Origin: Octopus vulgaris
Taxonomy: Eukaryota
Direction of reading: 5' to 3'
Assembly (NCBI GenBank): GCA_951406725.2
Contig: OX597817.1
Coordinates: forward strand, 156,550,001 to 156,614,000
Length of the DNA stretch: 64,000 nt
The stretch's first letter is position 1. Each line of letters begins with the position of its first letter. Below, one piece after another: positions 12,934 to 26,531 of the stretch. Under the pieces are notes generated by a model. It did no database searches, had not been told where the DNA came from, and saw only the letters and a list, made by a program, of their open reading frames with translations. The position numbers and the translations under genes were made by a program.

Positions 12934-13365
12934 TTATTCATTCTGGGGAGAAAGAATGTTTTTTTTTTGTTTTGTTTTGTTTTTTAGGGACTTTTTTCCA
13001 AATTGATATATATCCTACCAATATTGTAGATCAATTATTTTTCACAAATCTTCCTGACTTTTATTTTGAAGACATTCCCTGGGGACTAGAAACCATTTTT
13101 TTTTTTAAGAGTTCACACCTATCTACTGTTCTACATCAAAGCTGTGATATTTTCTGATTTTACAGAAATTCTCTGATCTCTAGAGTTAGGGAGTTCGTTT
13201 ATTTTTATTTATCTTTTTTTGCTCATATGATGTTGGGAAGGGGGGTCATGTTTGTTTTTTTGTTTGTATTATTTTTTACTCTTTTTTTTTTTTTCTGAAC
13301 CATTTCTTTTGATAAAACTCTGGAGGTATTCAAAACACATTCATGAAATCACATACAGCTCATAC

Positions 13366-13402
<37 letters not shown>

Positions 13403-13618
13403 TATTCACAATACATTCATACTCACACACACAAAACACACACATGGCACATGCATAAAGTACACAAAATATTGTACATTATACATGCATCACATACATA
13501 GAGCTCACACACAACACACTCACACGCATCACACACAAATGCAGCACTTACATAAAGTACACGTACACAACACACTCATAAAGCACATAAACATACATAA
13601 AGCAAACACAAGCACAAA

Positions 13619-13624
<6 letters not shown>

Positions 13625-13661
<37 letters not shown>

Positions 13662-13731
13662 TGTAACACATACAACAATCACAGCTCTCTCTCTCTCTCT
13701 CTCTTTCTCTTTCTCTTCCCTCTTGCTTTCA

Positions 13732-13768
<37 letters not shown>

Positions 13769-13833
13769 CACATACAACAAACACAGCTCTCTCTCTCTCT
13801 CTCTTTCTCTTTCTCTTCTCTCTTGCTTTCACT

Positions 13834-13864
<31 letters not shown>

Positions 13865-13880
13865 CACATACAACAAACAC

Positions 13881-13919
<39 letters not shown>

Positions 13920-14036
13920 TCCTCTTTCTCTTTCTCTTCTCTCTTGCTTTCACTCACACACACACACATGTAACACATACAACAAACACAGCTCTCTCTC
14001 TCTCCTCCTTTCTCTTTCTCCTCTCTCTCTCTTTCA

Positions 14037-14075
<39 letters not shown>
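13625..14075. repeat. Higher-order repeat of (CA)n-tgtaacacatacaacaaacacag-(CT)n units, 4 copies
   Basis: The unique linker recurs four times between microsatellites of variable length. Confidence 0.9.
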
Positions 14076-14079
<4 letters not shown>

Positions 14080-16008
14080 TGCACAGTATCAAATAAGCAT
14101 CACCGAAGAGTGTTATTGGCATGACCCAGTCTTGCGCCTGCCATCCTGTTGCTGTTCTTTGACACCAGTTCCATGCACTGGTTCTGCACTGGTATTGCAC
14201 AGTTGGTTGCACACCAGGAATGAAATCGTTTCAATCAAAACTTTCTTTCCTTCCTCACTCCAGCATCAAATTATTTTTTCTCATTCTCTTTCCATCATCA
14301 TTCGAGAATGTTTCAATCATGTTTTTTTTTTCCTTTTTATTTTCTTTTAGCATTTTTCAATTCTCCATTCTCTGACCTTACCCCTATGCTCACCCTCACC
14401 CTCACCCTGATATGTTTATTTGTTGTTCTGTTTAGTTATTTTAATTATTATTTTTTTTATTTTCATTTTTTTATTTCGGTTTTGTCAAGTCGATTTTTTT
14501 TTTTTTTTTTTTTTACCATGATCTCTTGGAGGAAAAAATAAAATAAAATAAAATGAAAATAAACAAGGGAATGGTATTTTCTGGCGAAATGATCAAAATA
14601 AGTGAATCCTGCTTTTTAATCTCTCTCTTCCTCTCTATCTGTTTCTTTCTCTTTTTTTCTTTCCTTCTGTGTAAATGTGCTTGGAAAAAGCTTTTCAGCA
14701 TACTTTTTTCTTTCTTTCACCTTTGTCATCGCCATCTTCATCCTTTTCATTATCACCAGACTCGGACAACCTTAAGGAGATGAAAAGATGAATGGTCATG
14801 ACAAAGCCGCATGGTAGAAGACATGTGTGTATACCCCCCTCTTCCACGACAGTGGAATAGCGAGAATGTCTAACATCTTTTCCACTGGTTTATAATTACC
14901 CCTACACTGCTTCCTATCAGCCAGCCATGGCCTTCTGTCCAGCAAGCTTTATATTATTATTGTTGTTGTTATTGTTGTTCAGATTGCTGAGAATGCACTA
15001 ACTACTGAGTGTGTGAGAAAGATATATATATATCTATATATATATGAATTGTGCAGATGATATAGGGAGCCTTGATGAAACGCAAAGCGAGATAACGGGA
15101 TAGGCAGATGCTGGATGGGTATCATCATCATCATCGTTTAACATCCGTTTCCCGCGCTAGCACGGGTTGGACAGTTCGACCGGGGTCTGGGAAGCCAGGG
15201 GCTGCACCAGGCTCCAGTCTGATCTGGCAGTGTTTCTACAGCTGGATGCCCTTCCTAACGCCAACCACTCCGCGATATATGAATATATGAATTTGGAAAT
15301 GATTTGGTAGTTCAATTAGAGGGGCGGATAGCTAGCTCTGTTGTGATGTAATGGTTGGCAGAAGTTGTTGTATAGTCCCAGGGTTAGCCGTGATGCAGCA
15401 GACTTGGGGTCAAGTATTTTCCAGCTGTGACCATGTTGTCTGGCTTTCAGGAATGGTGTGTCCTGTATCATCCTTCTTTGATGGGGTATGATATTAGGAA
15501 AACTTTACTATTTTTAGCTGATCAAGTTACTGCAGAGTGGTTTCAAGTGTGGGTGTATAACACACACACACATAATATGATGTATAGTTGATTGTGATGT
15601 TGATTGACCCAAGGTCAATCTTGAACCAGCAGAAATACGATGAGCCATTTCAACCATGATCACCCTGTCTTTTATCCAGGCATGGTATATCTAGGACTAC
15701 ATTATTCAATGTGTCCATCCTTCTTTGTATTAAAAGGGGAATTTGCAAAGGAGATGGTGGCTATTTCTAGAACATAGAGCAACCATGTAAAGGTTTTCTC
15801 GGGATTGGTGAGAAGGGAGGCTTAAACAGATGGGAAAATGAAATTATTAGCAAAGTGCCTTATAACACCGAGATTGGGAATCTAGAAACCATGATCGTTT
15901 ATTGTCATGGTAATTTTTAGACATATAGACGGTACCAGTGAGATCCAACAGACTTTCTATTCATGGCTACAAGATCTGAACATAGCTTTACAAATTAGCT
16001 AATCACCT

Positions 16009-16476
16009 ATTTCTTTATTACCCACAAGGGGCTAAACACAGAGGGGACAAACAAGGACAGACATAGGTATTAAGTCGATTACAACAACCCCAGTGCGTAA
16101 CTGGTACTTAATTTATCGACCCCGAAAGGATGAAAGGCAAAGTCGACCTCGGCAGAATTTGAACTCAAAACGTAACGACAGACGAAATACCTATTTCTTT
16201 ACTACCCACAAGGGGCTAAACACAGGGTACAAACAAGGACAGACAAACGGATTAAGTCGATTACATCGACCCCAGTGCGTAACTGGTGCTTAATTTATCA
16301 ACCCCAAAAGGATGAAAGGCAAAGTCGACCTCGGCGGAATTTGAACTCAGAACGTAACAGCAGACGAAATACGGCTACACATTTCGCCCGGCGTGCTAAT
16401 GTTTCTGCCAGCTCGTCACCGACAGACGAAATACCGAAAAGCATTTCGCCCAGCGTGCTAACGCTTCTGCCAGCTC
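16009..16476 (-). mobile_element. Nested SINE B inside SINE B
   Basis: Outer TSD gctaatcacct (15998-16008 and 16477-16487); inner TSD cgacagacgaaatacc (16176-16191 and 16420-16435). Confidence 0.9.
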
Positions 16477-17346
16477 GCTAATCACCTGTCTGTTTCACAA
16501 TGCTACCACTGTGTCCAGTACTTTTTATACCCATAGCACTTATTTACAACCAGGTAAACTAGGCTGTTGAGTGTTAAAGGTCTTGAACTAACTATAACAC
16601 ATTATAGTACCTAATTATAGCTCGGTAGACCATTGGGCTGTTGAGATTTAAGTCACGGACTAAATTCAGTAAATTATAATCACATTGTGGCACCTGCTTA
16701 CAGCTATGTAGACTGAGCCATTGACAGTTAAGTATCTTGGTCATGAACTCAGTATAGTGCACTACACCATGCTGTGGTACCTACTTACAGGTAGATGGAC
16801 TAAGCTAATATCTTTTGGTTTGATGTTTGATTCTTTATCAAACTTAGCCATCTGTTTTTCACTGTTGTTGTTTAGCCCCAGGTCAGCTTTCATTGAGTAG
16901 GCCTATAACCAAAGGTCTGCTTCATCATTGACCAATATGTCTTTTTTGTATGTATATCCAGGACAACTTATTCAATGTAGTCTTTATTCAAGATGGTGAG
17001 GAGATTTGGTTGCTATACTAGTAGTTCAAGTAACCACATAGAAGTTTTATTAGCTGATAGATACACATATTAACCCTTAACCTCAAAATTAAACTTCGTG
17101 GTTATTCCAGTAATGATATTAAATATTATTTTACTTATTTCAGTCATTTTTGACTGTGGCCATGCTGGAGCACCACCTTGAATGGTTTTAGTCGAACAAA
17201 TCAACCCCAGGTCTTCTTTCTTAAGCCTAGTACTTATTATATCAGTCTCTTTTACTGAACCACTAAGTTGTAGGGACATAAACACACGAACACCAGTTGT
17301 CAAGCGGTGATGAGTGGACAAACACACACAAATATATACATATATA

Positions 17347-18227
17347 CAGGATGTGATGAGTAAATTGTTACCATTTGATACTTTTAATTTCGCGCATGCG
17401 CATTGTTTGTTTTTTATTTTGTTGACTACACAGTATAGTAGGGTCAGTTGGGCACCGTCTGTGAGAAAAACAACACAATGCTGCAATTCGTTCCACCAGA
17501 AATTTTAAAATGACATGCAGTACTACCTGGCATTTGTGCCAGAAGCTCCAATACGAACATTTCAGAGTGTTTGGGTGTCAATCCGAGGGCAGTGCAATCT
17601 GAAGACATGTACTGAGAGTAATAAAAATCAAACATCTAGTCAACATCATGGTGTTTGAAGTGATCACTAGTGATGGCAATGTTATGCCTCCATTCACCTT
17701 CCCACATGACCTCAGACTCAACACAGAGGTCTACATCAACTGCCTGGTGGAGGTAATGCTGCCCTAGGTTAAGAGGGTGGCTGCTGGAAGAACCTATGTT
17801 TGGCAACAGGACTCTGCACCATGCCACATTAGCAGAAAACCCAGTCATAGCTGTCAGACAATTTGTGACCACATCACCCTTAACATCTGGCCACCTAACT
17901 CCCCAGACTGCAACCCCCTTGATTATTATGTGTGGGGCACAGTTGAGCAAGAGACCAACAAAACTCCTTGTAACACCAAAGATGAACGGAAGGCAAGGAT
18001 TATGGTCACATTCACCAACTTAAACAAGGAGACTGCCCAGAAGAGCTGCAGGAGATTCTGAAGTCGTCTGGAAGCCATGGTTGAAGCTAATGGCAATTTT
18101 ATTGAATAAATTTACTCTTTAGTATTTCAAGATATTTTTATGCAATTTTGGTAAAAATATGTTAAAATTAAATGTCAGTGTTATTTTCATTTTTGCATAA
18201 TTTAGACAACAGTTTATTCACCACACC

Positions 18228-18230
<3 letters not shown>
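17347..18230 (+). mobile_element. Internally deleted Tc1/mariner (maT, DD37D-like) transposon
   Basis: Terminal inverted repeats (TIRs) caggatgtgatgagtaaattg / cagtttattcaccacaccctg with TA flanks; decayed transposase WQQDSAPCH...WPPNSPDCNPLDYYVWG. Confidence 0.9.
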
Positions 18231-18264
<34 letters not shown>

Positions 18265-19604
18265 CACACATACATACATACATATATCATCATCATCGTT
18301 TAACGTCCGCTTTTCATGCTAGCATGGGTTGGCTGATTTGACTTGAGGTCTGGCGAATCAGATGGCTGCACCAGACTCCAATCTGATCTGGCAGAGTTTC
18401 TACAGCTGGATGCCCTTCCTAACACCAACCACTCCAATGATGATGATATATATACGATGGGCTTCATTAAGTTTCCGTCTACCAAATCCACTTACAAGGC
18501 TTTGGTTGGCCCGAGACTATAATAGAAGACACTTGCTCAAGGTGCCACTCAATGAGGCTGAACCCGCAACCATGTGGTTAGGAAACAAGCTTTTTACCAT
18601 ACTGCCACACCTGCACCTATTTCCAAAAAAATAGAATTGGTATTTTCTGCGAGTCGTGTTGCCTCAATAAATTTGTCAGGTCTCAACAAAAATTAGTTTC
18701 AAGCATGTCATTCCTCAACAAAAGGTAGATTGGTAAATAAAACTGCTTTTTGCAGTTGACTAATGAAATTTTAAGTGGATATATTTGATTTCTGTGGTGA
18801 AAGAGTTAAGCAACAGTGAGGGTGGCTTAGGTAAAATGAAAAGAGTCAGTTGGTGGTAGTGATAGTAGGTAATTTGCATCTCTAATAGACGCTATTTTAT
18901 TAAAGTATAGGTAGTAGTAGTTGTTGTGAGGTGACAGTATGATAGTGGTAGCAAGTAGTGCATGCCAAAGAGTGAAAGAAAGAAAGAGAATGGAGTAGAT
19001 ATGATGACTGTCTCCACCGTTTTATCCTCTCCTCTTCCAGCTCTTTACCATTGTTATTCCTCAGCCCTCCTGCATTCCGATTATTTTTTTCAGCCAAAAC
19101 AGCATCGTTTCACACACAGCAACATCGAATTATTTTTGCTTGGTTTGCTTTGCATTATCCGTTATCCATAAATCATCATCATCATCATCAATATAATTAT
19201 CACCATCATCGGCATCATTCATACAGATCCATTGCCATCATTTCATTCAATTTCTGGTTTGTTCTTTTGGTTGGTTTTTTTGTTTTTTTTTTAAATTCTG
19301 ATTTCAATTTATTTGTTATCATACTTTTTAATTTGATTTAATTTCATAAACCTATTTCAGAGTTTGGCAATTTTAGAGTTGTAGGTTAGAAAGAAAACAA
19401 AAGAAAAGGTAACAAAATATATAAAAAGTAACAAAATATATTGTCAGGCATGTAGGACTTTTGGAAACAGGATCAGTTACAGTGTCATATGTCTAAGATG
19501 TTTTATTCTGTATAAACAAGTTTCATGGATACTCATGAAACCTAGTGCTAATGAAAAGGTTTTGGTGGTGGTGGTGGTGCCAGTGGTAGTAGTAGTAGTA
19601 GTAG

Positions 19605-20065
19605 TTTCTAATTTGGACTAAGAGCCATCGGTTTTCAGGTGTAGTAGGTTTAGTCAGTTAAATGAATCCCAGTACTAGAACGGAATATTACTTTATCGAC
19701 CCCACTGGAGGGATAAAAGGCAAAGTCGACCTCAGTGGAAACTCAACTCAGAATGTAAAGAGCTGGAACAAGTACTGAAAAGGCATTTTCTTATTTCTTT
19801 ACTGCCCACAAGGGGCTACACACAGAGGGGACAGACAAGGACAGACAAACAGATTAAGTCGATTATATCAACTCCAATGCGTAACTGGTACTTATTTAAT
19901 CGATCCCAGAAGGATGAAAGGCAAAGTCGACCTCGGTGGAATTTGAACTCAGAACATAGTGGCAGGCGAAATACCGCTAAGCATTTCGCCTGACATGTTA
20001 ACATTTCTGCCAGCTCGCAAAGCATTTTCTTTGACAGTCTAACAAGTCTACTAATCCACCACCCT
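19605..20065 (-). mobile_element. Young SINE B (19793-20021) nested in an older B-related copy
   Basis: TSD gcattttctt at 19783-19792 and 20022-20031; degenerate host sequence on both sides. Confidence 0.8.
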
Positions 20066-22540
20066 AGTAGTGGTACTGGTGGTTGTTTTTAGCATTGGCA
20101 CAAGACCCAAAATCTTTGAGATGGTGCTAAGTTGATTAAAATGACACTAGTACTTGTACTTTATTTTATTGATCTCAAAGAGATGAAAGCTAAAACTGGC
20201 CTCAGCAGGAATTGAACTCAGAACGTAAAGATGATTCTGCCAACCCCTGGCACCAATAGTAGTAATAGTAGTAGTTGAAATAGTAATGGCTATTTTAGCT
20301 GGCTTGCTATATTTTTTTTTTTTTTGTTAATCCCTTTATTTCAAGAAGGTTATGTTATTTCTGTAACTCTGTGGTATAACGTATGAATGATATACAGGCA
20401 TAGGTTAAATATACATACATATGTTGTGTGACTTTCACAGGCACATTTATTCTCATGCAACTGGATTATCTAACAAGTTTCACTTTCATTATTGAATATC
20501 TGCTGTATATGGTTTAAGATGATCAGAGACAGAGATAAGTAGAATATGAGTGCAACCTCTACAGTCTAGTTATCAGTCCAGATTGAAGCCACCATCACCT
20601 CTCACATAGCTAGTGTCCTGTACTCTTGTGTTTCCATAGCTACAGATATCGATCTTTATGTTTAGAATAAATATTGTTTGACAAAGTTGACCAAGCTTAG
20701 CTGAACTTGTTTACTCTCATCTTTAAGTATATAACTGAGTATCTGCTTAGTACTCAGTGCAACGGTGCATTTTATGAAAACTGTGTTTGTGATGCAGTTT
20801 CAACTCCCTTCATATGAGCCATTTCACTAATTCCTCATACCATTGTTTCTGGTTGAGACAGTTGAGTTTTTTGCATTAACATTCCATTAAATGTGGCATA
20901 AGGGAAACTGAAGATCCAGCCTCTCTGGTTATGTTGTGGTGTTTCTATAGTTACAGCTCAGAGACTGTTTCCATTGCAAGATGATATATATGTATTCTGT
21001 TTCATTTTGTACCATTTGTGTTCCCTAGTACTTTACGGAAATGTTTCTGTCCTAACACTTAGGCATATATAAGACCAACTTATTGGCTATGGGACTTGAA
21101 GAATTTGGTACATTTCCAATATTGCATCAACCAAACAGCAAACCTCTTGGTAGAACATCCAAGACAACTAAGATTGTATATTAGATTCCTGTCCATTTAT
21201 TGGCCTGTTCTTATATAATCTTAATCACTTATCCAAACCATTAGTATCATAGATGTGGAACAGTTAAAGAGAAAGGACTACTGATGGTGATGCTGATATT
21301 TGAATTGGAATGGCTGCCTGGTTGTTGAGATATTCAACAAATAATATAAGATCATGATTTTTTTAAAATCTTGTTTGTAACTCTACTTTCCTTAATGAGC
21401 AAAGGAAAATAGTTTCTTCATCACAATTTCTTCCTCCTACTTCTCATATAATCTTTTACTCATGTTCAAGTTCAGTGCAGCTAACCACATAAAAGCATCC
21501 TGTGGTTTATTTTGGTTTAGAGAAGGCTAGAATACAGCAAACAAGGCCTCCTGTAAACAAGGCTTGCTGTGATGATCTGAATAAGAAGCATGTTCTGTAA
21601 GTTTCTTGTTTCGCTTCAAAGTTGTCTGATTAGTTAAGCAGAAAGGTTATCCAACTGTAAAATGAACCTACACTTAAAGAAGGCTCTGTGATCATTCAGC
21701 ATGCTAGAAATGACAGTCAGTTCTCATTCATGTCACACCCTGTCATCTTACAAAAAAATGTTTTAAAATATATTAAATAAGGTAGTTTTAGATAAACTAT
21801 GTCTGAAAAGAAAAGAGATAATAAATCATCATGGAAATCCCTTTCAGGATACATCTGTTTCACCTAAACTGACCTGGGGTTAAAAAGCAACTGTAACAAC
21901 CTGCATTATAAATGATTTCAAAAGTCTAAATTTGTAGACCTGTCAAATGCATATGACAAAACATTATTTGATTTGGAAAAGCCCAAAACAATTAAAGAAA
22001 CAAACTAACATGAAAATATAAAGTGGATTAGCTGACATTAGTAATTAGACGTATACCTTAATTAATGAGAGAATTGTAGTTAGTTGTTCAAGATTGATCA
22101 TTTAAATTCTATATTGCAATAACCTCTGTCTTTAGTTTATAAATGGAAATCTCAATATTCGAAATCTCCAAAATCTGAAATAGCTAAAGTAGATATCTCT
22201 AAAAATCTAAATGGTTTATTCAAAGCATATCCAAACCAAAAGACAATTGGAAATCATTCTCATACACATACGTTCACACATTCTTGTCATATGTATGGTA
22301 AACCGGATTATATATATATATATATATATATTTACACATAAAATTTGAATAAGTCAAGATAGACTTGACAAAGACAAAATTTGAAAGTTACTCTATATAA
22401 TATTACATGTAAGACTCTACACTTATATTGAGTCCTTCATTCCTTCATTATTCATTGTTTTTATGTGTATAAAAACACTAAGTTTTATTTATATACATAT
22501 GTATATAAAATCACTAAGTTTTTAAAATATATATATATAT

Positions 22541-22900
22541 CAAAGGTGGGCACCATTAATCAAGAAGTTAACTTTATTAACTGTTAATCTGTTAACCAAA
22601 AAGTTAACTTCAATAACCGTCAATCAGTTAATTCTTTAAAAATGCAAAGGAAGTTATCGATAAACCATTAACATGAATTTTTATTACAAAAAAAAAAACA
22701 TCGGTTTTTGCTCTAAAATCACCTAAAAACGCCTTTTAAAAGTGCCAAAACTTTAAAATCCATTTACTTCAATTAAATTGAAGCTAACAGAAGTTAACTG
22801 AAATTGACTTGAGTTAACAGAAGTTAAATTAGTCCGATAATGATTTCTAAAGTTAACTTGTAATTTAAATCGTTAATTAACGATTTGATGCCCAGGAATT

Positions 22901-22902
<2 letters not shown>
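22541..22902. mobile_element. Probable non-autonomous DNA element with gttaac-type subterminal repeats
   Basis: Ends tgggca...tgccca, repeated aagttaac motifs, bounded by (TA)n. Confidence 0.5.
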
Positions 22903-22945
<43 letters not shown>

Positions 22946-22989
22946 CTGTGTGTGTGTGTAATATATATATATGTGTGTATGCATGTATG

Positions 22990-23309
22990 CAGTATCTCAC
23001 AGAAGTATGTACACCCCTAAAAAATTTCAGTAAAATTGCTATTACTCTGATAATATTGAAGGAAATCAAAAAAATTTATACTGGATAAAATATATTATAC
23101 ATGATACATACTTTTGTAGTGTTTGAAAATTGATATTTTGTTCATTTTTTTGAAAATGTTTATTGTCTTATGTTACAAATTTGTATAATATTTGCATGTA
23201 TAATATATTTTATTCAGTATAAATTTTATTTGATTTCCTTTGATATTATCAGAGTAATTGCAATTTTACAGAAATTTTTTAGGGGTGCACATACTTCTGT
23301 GAGATACTC
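22990..23309. mobile_element. Tc1-like palindromic MITE
   Basis: Long TIRs cagtatctcacagaagtatgtacaccccta / taggggtgcacatacttctgtgagatact. Confidence 0.85.
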
Positions 23310-23611
23310 TGTGTGTGTGAGATAAGATTTTGTAAACACCAATTCAAGAGTGAAAAATTTTAAATTTGTTAGGGAAACTTATTTTGATGGTTAAAATATA
23401 ATTTGCCCGGGTAAGCAAAATACACCAACACTAATATGGACCAGTGGAACTTTTATGAAATTCCACTCAGCAGGTTTGTTATTTTATTATGTTTTTTCTT
23501 TTTTTTTTTTTTTTGTTCATGGATGAATTGATTACAACAAACCTATCGTTAAATATTTAATATTTTTAACACACATGAAAATCATCGCAATCAATTTATA
23601 ATTTCACTCTC

Positions 23612-23649
<38 letters not shown>

Positions 23650-23815
23650 CACATATGCTCTCCTTGATTTCTACAGAATAATGCTGCAGTCTCTGTTATA
23701 TTGTTACTAATCATGTCTTCATTTTTCATCTTTTTTTTTTTTTTTTTTAAGGAAGAACAAATGCAATATCAAGTCTATTTGCCCCTAAATGTATTTCTCT
23801 TGTCTCGTTTTGCAG

Positions 23816-23880
23816 GTGAAGATACCATCTCCATTGAAAAGGGTGACATTACTTCACCCCTTGATCTCTCTTTTGACAAG
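23816..23880 (+). CDS. ANK: Ankyrin linker exon C (EDTISIEKGDITSPLDLSFDK)
   Basis: Strong pyrimidine tract with tgcag acceptor; aag|gtaatt donor; 65 nt, phase 1 to 0. Joined to exon A it gives SDSEDEGED, like the vertebrate SDDEGED motif. Confidence 0.85.
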
Positions 23881-24091
23881 GTAATTGCCCTGGCACTCGC
23901 ACTTTCTGCATGCTTGATCAGTGCTGTAGTCCCTTATTGTTATCTCTTCAGTTGAAACTCTCAGTCAGTCAAGCTAGCTACATGGCCCCGTTAAGTTCTT
24001 ACACGGAGCATCAAAAAAACTAACATGAAATAAGTAAATGGCAAGCGAAAAAAACATATACACACTGGTTCAATTTTACATCTTTATTAAC

Positions 24092-24244
24092 CAACTATTA
24101 TTAACTAGCTATTATTAACTAGCTATTATTAACTGGTTATTATTAACTAGCTATTATTAACTGATTATTATTAACTAGCTATTATTAACTAGCTATTATT
24201 AACTGGTTATTATTAACTAGCTATTATTAACTAGCTATTATTAA
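24092..24244. repeat. Minisatellite, about 11 x 14 bp (ctattattaactag)
   Basis: Seen directly. Confidence 0.9.
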
Positions 24245-24580
24245 ACCAGCTAACTAATCAGTGATTTATCATTTGGTTAATCAATGAGAAGGTCTCTATA
24301 CTGTGAGTCCATCTCCTAGAAATAGTTGTCAAATCTCTCTGAAATCATGCCTGCCCATTTAAAAAAAAGGGGAAAGCACATTATAAGGCACCAAAAGAGA
24401 ATGACTCTCCCCAGACACAACAGAACATTAGATGATGTATTGGTACATAATCTTATAAAGAAGGAATGGCCACAGATGGATTGCCTTTGATACTAAGTTT
24501 ACTCAGTCAGGAGTGACATAGATCTACTGAACTAAATTGTCTATACATGGCTGCTCAAACTGCTAGAAATAGCAGCCAAA

Positions 24581-24815
24581 ATAAGGCGCCAAGCTGGCAG
24601 AAATGTTAGCATGCCGGGCGAAATGCTTAGCGGTACTTTGTCTGCCGCTACGTTCTGAGTTCAAATTCCGCCGAGGTCGACTTTGCCTTTCCTCCTTTCG
24701 GGGTCAATTAAATAAGTACCAGTTACGTACTGGGGTCGATATAATCGACTTAATCCGTTTGTCTGTCCTTGTTTGTCCCCTCTATCTGTGGCGCCTTGTG
24801 GGCAGTAAAGAAATA
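24581..24815 (+). mobile_element. SINE family B
   Basis: Full copy; 16-bp TSD agaaatagcagccaaa at 24565-24580 and 24816-24831. Confidence 0.9.
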
Positions 24816-26147
24816 AGAAATAGCAGCCAAATTTACATCAAATCACACCCTTCTTTCTGCAGAAAAACACATTAGAGAATGTAGTATCTATGGACTGTGT
24901 TTCATAAATGATGAGATAGTCATGTCTAGAACATCTTTGATCACAGGGCTGTTCCATCAGAGCTGACCTGAAGCCAAACAACATTTAGTGTTAAAACTCA
25001 ACATAACTACAGTCCAATGACTGAAATCATGCTTTCTATGCTTTCCCTTAGTGTGGAACAGAGATGGATACTTTTGATGAGATAAGCACAACATACTGTT
25101 TAACATGTGTGCATACCAGAGCAGGAAGAAATGTGCTCAAAGCTTTTCCAGGAACCCTTAGACATAGGTGAAGAGAGTTGATGATAGGAACAGCTTGATA
25201 AGATTATATTGATAAGAATTCAGCTTAAAATTAGTGTGGTTTGGAAAGCAAATGCTTACCAGGGTAGATAAGAGCTCAGATTGTTGGTGTAAAGTTCAGG
25301 TTTTATCATAGTAATTTTAGAATGTGTCACTATTTAGCATTCCTTTCAGACCAACGGAACTGTTCATAATGTTAGTTTTATTACATGCTATGCTTTCCTC
25401 TGGATCATACTAGCAAAGCGTTCCAGGATCTTCTATGGAAAGTACAGAAAACCAAACTGCTCAGGCAAGTTTTGTAGAATTTATTGAGGTAGATATATCT
25501 ATATATATGCACACAGAGGATGTATATATTTTTTAATTTACATGTTTATATACCCATACAAGCATACACAGTGTGTGTGCATATTTATATACATATATGA
25601 GTGTATTGATTGATTGATTGATTCTAGTTTCAGCTCACGAGCTGTGGCCATGCTAGGGCACTTGGAAGCACCATATATTTTGAAATAGTTTCTTGTATTC
25701 TAAATGCCTTCATTTTGGCATTTTACATGAAAATAGATGAATCTACTTTAAAAACTAACCCTTAAAATGTGTGTGTGTGTGTGTGTATACACATAGCTGT
25801 AATGTTTCAGAATTATGAGTTGTGGGTTACACAATCAGTGTCGAACAAACTACATTGTCATATGCTATGACTTTCCATTCCCGCTGCAAATCCTACCCAG
25901 TTCAGTTTTGTGCATTCAGCCTCCCATGGTCAATAGAAATGAATGTCAGTCTACAAGTACTGGATTCAATACAATGGATGTAAATGATTATTCCCTTGAA
26001 GGTGGTACTCCAGCATGGCCACAATCCAATCATAGACAAGAATGTGTGTATATATATATATATATATATATTATAATTATTTGAGGGAATATTAATCCTA
26101 ACTTACAGGGAAAAAATTCAATTTAGAAATACTAAATCAAATTTCAC

Positions 26148-26209
<62 letters not shown>

Positions 26210-26358
26210 TAGAAAAAAAACACCTTTTATCAATTCAAAATGAACAATTAAATTACACCATCTAGAAAATTACATATAATAGAAATATTAAAATTAAAAT
26301 AACAATAAAATACCAATGATTAAGTAAATTGCAAAAAATAATAAAAACGTATATAATT

Positions 26359-26409
<51 letters not shown>

Positions 26410-26495
26410 CTAAAAAGCATTCATGAAGTAAAATCATGTAGCAACACCAAATGGCGGTGCCCCAGCATGGCCACAGCTTGTGAGCTGAAACTAAA

Positions 26496-26531
<36 letters not shown>

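Noticed and set aside
13485-14212. His/Thr- and Cys/Val-rich ORFs
   Set aside because: They come from (CA)n and (CT)n repeats.
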